Shown in pieces: positions 58,034 through 64,000 of a DNA stretch of 64,000 nt. The DNA is from Alphaproteobacteria bacterium. Lineage in GTDB: Bacteria > Pseudomonadota > Alphaproteobacteria > Bin95. A model generated the notes under the pieces. It did no database searches, was not told the origin of the DNA, and saw only the letters and a program-made list of their open reading frames with translations. The stretch spans positions 1,888,001-1,952,000 of the forward strand of contig OZ219787.1 of assembly GCA_964291285.2 (NCBI GenBank). The letters run 5' to 3'. Each line of letters starts with the position of its first letter. Position 1 is the first letter of the stretch. The position numbers and the translations under genes are program-made.

Positions 58034-58860
58034 AGGCGGTCGTTGACGCCGACGTTGCGGTCAAATGGTTGTTTACTGAAGACGGAATTGTCGAGGCACG
58101 GCAACTCCTCGCCCATCGGGTCACGCTGCACGCCCCGGATTTCATACTGACCGAAGCTGCCAATGTAATCTGGAAAAAGGCCCGGCGCCGGGAAATCACA
58201 GACACGCGACCTTATTTCGAGGAACTCGCCCGCCTGGACGATGTCGTGGAGTTGTCCCCGTCCGCGGACCTTCTCGCCCACGCTGCAGCCATTGCCATTG
58301 AGATCGACCATCCGGTTTACGATTGCCTCTATCTCGCCGGCGCCGAGGTCGAGGAAGCGCCGCTGGTCACGGCCGACCGCCGGCTGCGCGACGCCGCCGG
58401 GAACCGGGCGGACACGGAAGTCTGGCTTATCTCCGGGCCCGAAACGGGCAGGCGCATTGCAAGCGCCGCTACCAGTCTGGTTATTCAGGAAACTACCGTC
58501 CAGGACCTGACCGCCGCTTATACGGTTTTCAGCGATACTGCAGATAATGTCGTCAGCCATGTCCCTCGCCGTCCCGGCGGTCCCGCAATCCTGCCCCCGG
58601 AACGCCGGAACGCCTATCTGGAGACACCCGCATTCCGGCGCCTGGTGACGCTCGTCGCCAGCCTGTCACACGAAGAGCGCATCGACCTGATGGCGCTTGC
58701 GTGGTACGGCCGTGAAAGCGCCGATACCTCTCCCTGGTCGTATTTCCTGGATCATGCCTGCCGCATGGGAATCGATGATCCCCAATATGAAGCGGCGCTG
58801 GGGCGCTACTGGCAGGCCGGACTGGACCGGCTTCGCGGCAATAGGCCGGAGATGCGCTGA
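58030..58860 (+). CDS. VapC-like PIN toxin fused to a C-terminal DUF3775-like domain
   Basis: VVDA.VAVKW, E.ANV.WK, YDCLYLA.A, LVTAD; extension with SLSHEERIDLMALAWYGR...GLDRL. Confidence 0.82.
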   Translation: MKAVVDADVAVKWLFTEDGIVEARQLLAHRVTLHAPDFILTEAANVIWKKARRREITDTRPYFEELARLDDVVELSPSADLLAHAAAIAIEIDHPVYDCLYLAGAEVEEAPLVTADRRLRDAAGNRADTEVWLISGPETGRRIASAATSLVIQETTVQDLTAAYTVFSDTADNVVSHVPRRPGGPAILPPERRNAYLETPAFRRLVTLVASLSHEERIDLMALAWYGRESADTSPWSYFLDHACRMGIDDPQYEAALGRYWQAGLDRLRGNRPEMR

Positions 58861-58863
58861 GCG

Positions 58864-59592
58864 ATGGAGTTCCTGGCTCCCGAATTGTTCGCCGCCCTGG
58901 GCGTTGCGGCTGCGGCCGGGCTGATGCGGGGCTTCGCGGGCGTGGGTTCCGGCATGCTGATGGCGCCGGTCTTCGCGATCCTGTTCGGCCCGGTCCAGAC
59001 CGTCGCGGTCATCATCCTCATGGAAATCGTCGTCACCGGCCAGCTCCTCCCCGGTGTCCGTCGGGAGATCGACTGGAAGGTGATTGCCCCGATGGGCATC
59101 GCGGCCGCCCTCCTCATGCCGGCGGGAAGCTGGCTGCTCGTGACGCTCGACCCCGACCTCATCGCGCGGGGGATCGCGCTGGTCGTGGTGGCCTTCTCGG
59201 TCGTCCTGATGGCGGGATGGCGCTACGAGGGCGGGAAGAAGCTCTGGGCGACGCTCGGCGTCGGGGCGCTGTCGGGGGTGCTGATGGCGTCCACGAGCCT
59301 CGGCAACCCGCCGGTCATGGCCTACCTGCTGTCCAGCCGGGATGCGGCGGCCACCAACCGGGCAGATTTCACCGGCTATTTCGCCGTCACGCTGGTGGCG
59401 CTGATCGCCATGATGGCGGCGACCGGCCTGATCGACGGCGATGCGGTCGCGACGGCGGCGATCCTGCTGCCGGTGTTCATGGCGGGGGCCTGGATCGGCT
59501 CCCGTCTCTTCCGCCGGTCGAGCGAGGCGCTCTACCGCCGCGTCGCCTTGGGCCTCCTGTTCTGCGTCGGCATGTACGGCCTGCTGCGGTAG
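58864..59592 (+). CDS. TauE/SafE family (sulfite exporter) membrane protein
   Basis: AGLMRGFAGVGSG...P, multiple TM helices, G.PP motif. Confidence 0.88.
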   Translation: MEFLAPELFAALGVAAAAGLMRGFAGVGSGMLMAPVFAILFGPVQTVAVIILMEIVVTGQLLPGVRREIDWKVIAPMGIAAALLMPAGSWLLVTLDPDLIARGIALVVVAFSVVLMAGWRYEGGKKLWATLGVGALSGVLMASTSLGNPPVMAYLLSSRDAAATNRADFTGYFAVTLVALIAMMAATGLIDGDAVATAAILLPVFMAGAWIGSRLFRRSSEALYRRVALGLLFCVGMYGLLR

Positions 59593-59605
59593 GGCGGCAT
59601 ACGAC

Positions 59606-61039
59606 TCAGGCGCCGTCTTCGAACAACGATGCCTCGGCGGCCCGGTATCTGACGGGGTTGTGCCGGCGGACCATCCGCCCCTCGTCCACCGCCCGTTTCA
59701 GCCAGTCCGCCGCCTGGCTTTCCCTGACTCCGAGCTGCGCGGCGATATCGCCGGCCCGCACCGGAACGGTCGATGCGCTCTTCAACGCGCGGCTGAGGAA
59801 CAGCCCGTAGAATTCGCCTTCCGCAGGGCTGCGGGGGGCGCAGGGCGGCATGCTGTATTGTCCCCGGCGCGTTTTCTCGATCCGGTGTTCGTCCAACGCG
59901 CGCTGCAACCAGTCTTCCGCTTGTGGCTTCTTCAATCCGAGGCGTTCCGCGATGTGCTGCACGCCGACCGGCTTTTGCGCCGTGAGTTCGGCCATGCGGG
60001 CGAGGAAGAGCGCGTAGAGGCCGCCGTCCTCCGGCGCGGGCGCGTAAGGCTCCGGCTCTTCTCGCAACGAAGCGTCGGCGGGTTCCAGCGGCAGCCGGTC
60101 CGGTCCGGCGGGACGCGCTCCCTCCGTCAGTTGCGAAAGCGGGAAGGGTTCTTCCGGCAGCCACTCCGCGCCGCGCCGGACAAGCTCCGGGTTGCCGGAA
60201 CCGGGTGCGTCGTCCGGCCTTGCCCAGAGCGGCACCCAGCCATGCTTCAGGTTTTCTTCCGCGCCGCTCCAGGTTCCCCCCTTGCCCGCTTCGCTGCTGA
60301 CGACGACCGCGGCATCGGCGAGGCAATAGATATGTGCGTTCCGCGCCATCGCATTGCCGACCTGGAAACGCGCTTCGGGATTGAACGGGGAGATGAGGGC
60401 AAGATCACCCGACAGGATGTATTGGCGGTAGTCGGCGGCCATCGCCGACCGGAGCAGGCTGTCGGCCAGGACGCCGAGCGCCGCGCCGTCCCGTTCGAGC
60501 GCGCCCTGCATCGCATACCTGTCGACGCCGCGCGCGCCGCCGGAAACGAGCGAATAGTCTTGCGCGGCGGCCTCGGCGCCGAGTTCGCGGGCGAATTCAA
60601 GGCCGTCCTCGCCGGCGTTCCGGGAGCCGACGACGGCGATGCCGCCCCGCTCCAGCAGCGCCTTGTTTCCGCAACCGAAGAGCACGGCTGGCGCTGCCCT
60701 GCCGAGGCGCTGCTTCAGGCGCTCCGGATAATCGGCGTCGGAGCGGGTCAACACCCACAGCCCGGCGCGCTGCCAGCGTTCGAGCGAAAGGCCGAGCGCT
60801 GCGCCCCGGTTGAGCAGCGCGCGCAGGCGGTCCCGCGTTATCCGCCGGTCCTCCCAGCCTTCGGGCAGCGCGTCGAGATCGCCCTTCAGCAGAACCGACG
60901 GCTCCAGCCCCTTCTCCTTCAGCCAACCGGCGAACCGCGCCCATTCCCCTTTGGAGAGCGGCTTGCTGCCGCCCGGGTCCGACTTCCCGAACGAGACGTT
61001 CAGGAGCAGCACCGCTTGAGCCTGGGGCGTCAACTGCAT
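59606..61039 (-). CDS. DprA-like SLOG protein (RqlI/PsyrA-type antitoxin) with two C-terminal wHTH repeats
   Basis: YPERLK.RL, IAVVGSR, VSGGARGVD, AMARN..IY.L, GGTW.GA.E. Confidence 0.88.
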   Translation of the reverse strand: MQLTPQAQAVLLLNVSFGKSDPGGSKPLSKGEWARFAGWLKEKGLEPSVLLKGDLDALPEGWEDRRITRDRLRALLNRGAALGLSLERWQRAGLWVLTRSDADYPERLKQRLGRAAPAVLFGCGNKALLERGGIAVVGSRNAGEDGLEFARELGAEAAAQDYSLVSGGARGVDRYAMQGALERDGAALGVLADSLLRSAMAADYRQYILSGDLALISPFNPEARFQVGNAMARNAHIYCLADAAVVVSSEAGKGGTWSGAEENLKHGWVPLWARPDDAPGSGNPELVRRGAEWLPEEPFPLSQLTEGARPAGPDRLPLEPADASLREEPEPYAPAPEDGGLYALFLARMAELTAQKPVGVQHIAERLGLKKPQAEDWLQRALDEHRIEKTRRGQYSMPPCAPRSPAEGEFYGLFLSRALKSASTVPVRAGDIAAQLGVRESQAADWLKRAVDEGRMVRRHNPVRYRAAEASLFEDGA

Positions 61040-61049
61040 GGGCGCGCTC

Positions 61050-63155
61050 CTACAGGGCCTTCGCGAGGGCCAGCGGCCAGACGGGGCCGCTGCCGGCCTG
61101 CCGGAGCAAGGCCGCCACGACCGTCATCGTCCACGCCGAATCGACCACATCGTCCACAAGCAGGACCGGTTCCGCGCGCGGCTTGCCGGCGACCGTAAAG
61201 ACACCGTCGAGATTGCGGCACTGGTGAAACCTGTTCTGCTGGACCTTCTGCGGCTCGTTGTCCTCCACCTTCTCGATCAGCGGCAGGAACGGCAGTCCGA
61301 GCTTCTTCCCGAGGCGGGCCGCGAAGCCGGGCACAAGGCCGGGCCGGTTTCTGGAGGGCACGCAGGTTATCCATGCCGGCTCCGGCGACGGACGCCAACG
61401 ATCCCGGACCATCTCCGCCGCAGCATCGACGAGTTCGTCGTCGAACCCGCCGCCATGCTTGCCTTTCGCGACAAGGTCTCCCCAGCCCGCATCGCCCCAA
61501 AGGGACAGGAAGCGGCCTTCCTCGGCTCGCAATTCTGCCGGAAGCCGCCCGCTGAAGCCGTATCGGGGAAAGGCGTCCGGGCCAACCTGCCTGTTGCATG
61601 CAAGGGGCATTTCGGACCGGCGCAGGAAGCGCAGCGCGTCCTGTTCCAGACGGGGCTTGTAGGTGCGCGCAACGACGGGGTGGCCCAGGCAATTGGCGCA
61701 TTTGCCGCAAGGCTGCGGGCGCTTGTCGTCCAGGGACCGGGCCAGGAATTCCATCAGGCAGCCCCGCTCATCGACAAAGCGCCGGACCTCGTTCCATTCC
61801 GTTTCCCGCTGCTCGGTCAGCCGCCGGATATGCTCGCGGTCCATTTCGTAGGGAACCGCCGTCCGGCGCCAGATCGACCCGTCCTTCAGCACGGGCGCCG
61901 GGGACTCCACGGACAGGAATTTGAGCGCCTTTTCGATTTGCCCGTAGCGCAGATTGACGGTTTCCTCGAGTTGACGGACCGTCATCCCGTCGCCCCGTTC
62001 CAGGGCGGTCAGGATCGATTGGACCCACCGCTCGTCGGGGAAGGCCGTGCGGCGGAACCAGTCGTGTATGTCATCGTCTTCCCCGCCGGCCATCAGCACG
62101 CACACGGCGCGGTCGATCGCCCGTCCGGCGCGGCCGATCTGCTGGTAATAGGCGATGATCGATCCGGGCGCCTGGTAGTGGACCACGAAGCCGAGATCGG
62201 GTTTGTCGTAGCCCATCCCGAGCGCAGTCGTGGCCACCAGCGCCTTGATCTCGTTCCGCAGCAGCAGTCCTTCGACATGTTGCCGGTAAGCATTGCTGTC
62301 GGGGAAACCGTCACCGGTCGCGTCGCTGTAATACGGCTTGGCGGCGATGCCGTTGCTGGTCAGCCAGTCCGCCACCCGGTCCGCATCGCGCCTCGTCAGC
62401 GTATAGACGATCCCGGCGCCGGGCAGCTCGTCCAGGTGCTCTGCCAGCCATGCGAGGCGGACAGCCTGCGATGGCGGGCGCATCACCTGCAGGGCGAGCG
62501 ACTTCCTCATCAGCGGGCCGCGCTGGACCTTTATGTCGCCGAGTTGGGCCCGAATGTCTGCGATGACCCGGTCGTTCGCCGTGGCGGTGGTACCGACGAC
62601 GGGCACATTGCCGGGCATCGAGCGCAGGATATTGACCAGGCGCCGGTAGTCGGGGCGGAAATCGTGTCCCCAGTCCGAGATGCAGTGGGCCTCATCGACG
62701 ACCATAAGGCCGATATCGCCGGCGATCGGCATCAGCACATCGTCGGCGAAGTCCTCATTGGCGAGACGTTCCGGCGAAATCAGGAGGGCGTCGGCTTCGC
62801 CCTCTCGCACGATGCGTTGCAGCACCGGCCATTCCTCACGGTTCGTGGAGTTGATCGTCAACGCGCGGATGCCGAGCCGTTCCGCGGCGTCGATCTGGTT
62901 CCGCATCAGCGCCAGCAAAGGCGACACGATCAGCACCGGGCCGCGGCCCCGGTCCCGGAGGATCCGTGTCGCGACGAAATAAACCGCGCTCTTGCCCCAG
63001 CCGGTCCGTTCCACGACCAGAAGCCGCTCGCGCCGGTTTGCCAGGGCGTCGATGGCTTCCCACTGGCCGGGGCGGAACGACGCCGCCGGATCGGCCAGCG
63101 CAGTCCGGAGCATATCGAGCGCCGTGGACCGGTCGGTTTCGGCAGCGGGTGTCAC
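61050..63155 (-). CDS. RecQ-like helicase with C-terminal phosphoribosyltransferase domain (RqlH/PsyrT-type)
   Basis: RTGWGKS, SPLLALMRNQ, VDEAHCISDWGHDFRPDY, YYQQIGRAGR, CGKCANC, VLLVDDVVDSAWT. Confidence 0.92.
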   Translation of the reverse strand: MTPAAETDRSTALDMLRTALADPAASFRPGQWEAIDALANRRERLLVVERTGWGKSAVYFVATRILRDRGRGPVLIVSPLLALMRNQIDAAERLGIRALTINSTNREEWPVLQRIVREGEADALLISPERLANEDFADDVLMPIAGDIGLMVVDEAHCISDWGHDFRPDYRRLVNILRSMPGNVPVVGTTATANDRVIADIRAQLGDIKVQRGPLMRKSLALQVMRPPSQAVRLAWLAEHLDELPGAGIVYTLTRRDADRVADWLTSNGIAAKPYYSDATGDGFPDSNAYRQHVEGLLLRNEIKALVATTALGMGYDKPDLGFVVHYQAPGSIIAYYQQIGRAGRAIDRAVCVLMAGGEDDDIHDWFRRTAFPDERWVQSILTALERGDGMTVRQLEETVNLRYGQIEKALKFLSVESPAPVLKDGSIWRRTAVPYEMDREHIRRLTEQRETEWNEVRRFVDERGCLMEFLARSLDDKRPQPCGKCANCLGHPVVARTYKPRLEQDALRFLRRSEMPLACNRQVGPDAFPRYGFSGRLPAELRAEEGRFLSLWGDAGWGDLVAKGKHGGGFDDELVDAAAEMVRDRWRPSPEPAWITCVPSRNRPGLVPGFAARLGKKLGLPFLPLIEKVEDNEPQKVQQNRFHQCRNLDGVFTVAGKPRAEPVLLVDDVVDSAWTMTVVAALLRQAGSGPVWPLALAKAL

Positions 63156-63165
63156 CCGGACTCCC

Positions 63166-64000
63166 TCATACAAGCGGTTGCCGGCCGCCATTGTCGCCGA
63201 AGGCCTGTTCGCGGTAGAGGCCCAGCGTGCGCATGACCGGGAGGTCCGAGAGGCAGAACAGGCAGGCGTCGTCTGTTTCCGAGGCGTTGGCGTGTTCGTG
63301 CCAGGCCCAGGACGGTACGCAGAAGATGTCGCGCTCGGACCAGTCGTACCGTTTGCCGTCGATGATCGAGTGGCCGCGTCCCTTCGCGCACTGGTAAAGG
63401 AAGCTGCCGGTATGGCGGTGCGCCCGGGTGTGCTCGCCCGGCCGCAGCAATTGCATGCTGGCGCCCATGGTCTGCATGACGGGCCCGTTGGTCGCCGGGT
63501 TCACATAGTCCATCAACACGCCGTCATGCGGCGAGCCGTCGGTGCATTCGGCGTAGTTGAGCAGCGCCTCGTAAGTCCGCAGCCACTCATATTTGAACAG
63601 GGGCGAATATCCCTTGGTCCAGGCGCCGCCCGCCGGGGTGAGCCCGGGATTGCCCCAGGTACCCGTCACGTCGTCCACCTCGAAGGCGACGGCCTGGGCG
63701 AGGTCCGGATGCACCTCGTAGAAATTCGCCTCCATGGCGTTGACGAACGGGATGTCGAGGCCGTCCTGCCAGATGCAGGTGCTCCCGGCCGCCTCGACCC
63801 CGTGCTCGTGCCAGGTGCCGTTCGGCGTCAGCACGAAGTCGTTTGCGCCGAGCGTCATCTTGTGGCCGTCCACGACCGTGTAGGCGCCTTCGCCCTCCAT
63901 GATGAAGCGGATCGCGGACGCGGAATGGCGGTGCGCGCTCGCGGCCTCGCCCGGCTTCATCGCCTGCAGGCCGGCATAGATCCAGCCCACTGCCGCCGCC
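63166..64000 (-). CDS. Gentisate 1,2-dioxygenase-family bicupin (5' end outside window)
   Basis: AHRHSASAIRF..EG.GAYT.VDG, LTP..TWHEH, WQDGLDIP, Y.NP.T.GPVM.TM, AHRHTG, VPSW.WH.H. Confidence 0.88.
   Translation of the reverse strand, partial: AAAVGWIYAGLQAMKPGEAASAHRHSASAIRFIMEGEGAYTVVDGHKMTLGANDFVLTPNGTWHEHGVEAAGSTCIWQDGLDIPFVNAMEANFYEVHPDLAQAVAFEVDDVTGTWGNPGLTPAGGAWTKGYSPLFKYEWLRTYEALLNYAECTDGSPHDGVLMDYVNPATNGPVMQTMGASMQLLRPGEHTRAHRHTGSFLYQCAKGRGHSIIDGKRYDWSERDIFCVPSWAWHEHANASETDDACLFCLSDLPVMRTLGLYREQAFGDNGGRQPLV

Noticed and set aside
61038-63236. 732-aa plus-strand ORF
   Set aside because: Antisense shadow of the RecQ-PRTase gene.

Overview
High-GC window from what looks like an alphaproteobacterial chromosome, inferred from the murA-DUF2948-hisG-hisD-UPF0262-maf-RNaseE/G-yacG synteny and from ccr. 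It has three parts. (1) About 1-28.7 kb is an integrated conjugative/mobilisable plasmid-like element with every gene on the minus strand. It encodes a >=892-aa tandem-SLOG protein that the ORF track misses, a 2139-aa MOBF relaxase-helicase preceded by a translationally coupled paralog lacking the catalytic residues, and an array of small-gene modules (two toprim proteins, SSB, an 8x Cys4 repeat protein, membrane coiled-coil proteins, orphans). Most modules are preceded by the same 16-bp box and followed by a terminator. The element also carries a large serine recombinase, a secreted thermonuclease, a Gp37/Gp68 protein, two RHH proteins, ParAB and an unusual iteron-containing Rep. (2) About 28.7-32.2 kb is a junction holding a promoter/Cys-Cys-Cys leader peptide/terminator (attenuator-like), an IS1634 element interrupted by an IS1595 element, and a dispersed repeat. 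(3) About 32.3-64 kb is mostly housekeeping and metabolic genes (his, an Asp-type murA, tRNA-Thr, ccr, prpE, gcdH, uvrB, cysK/cysE, a two-component system), ending in a small defence/TA cluster (FitA-like + PIN-DUF3775-like fusion, RqlHI/PsyrTA-like). No CRISPR array, rRNA or T4SS genes were seen. All domain calls are by motif recognition, not database search.
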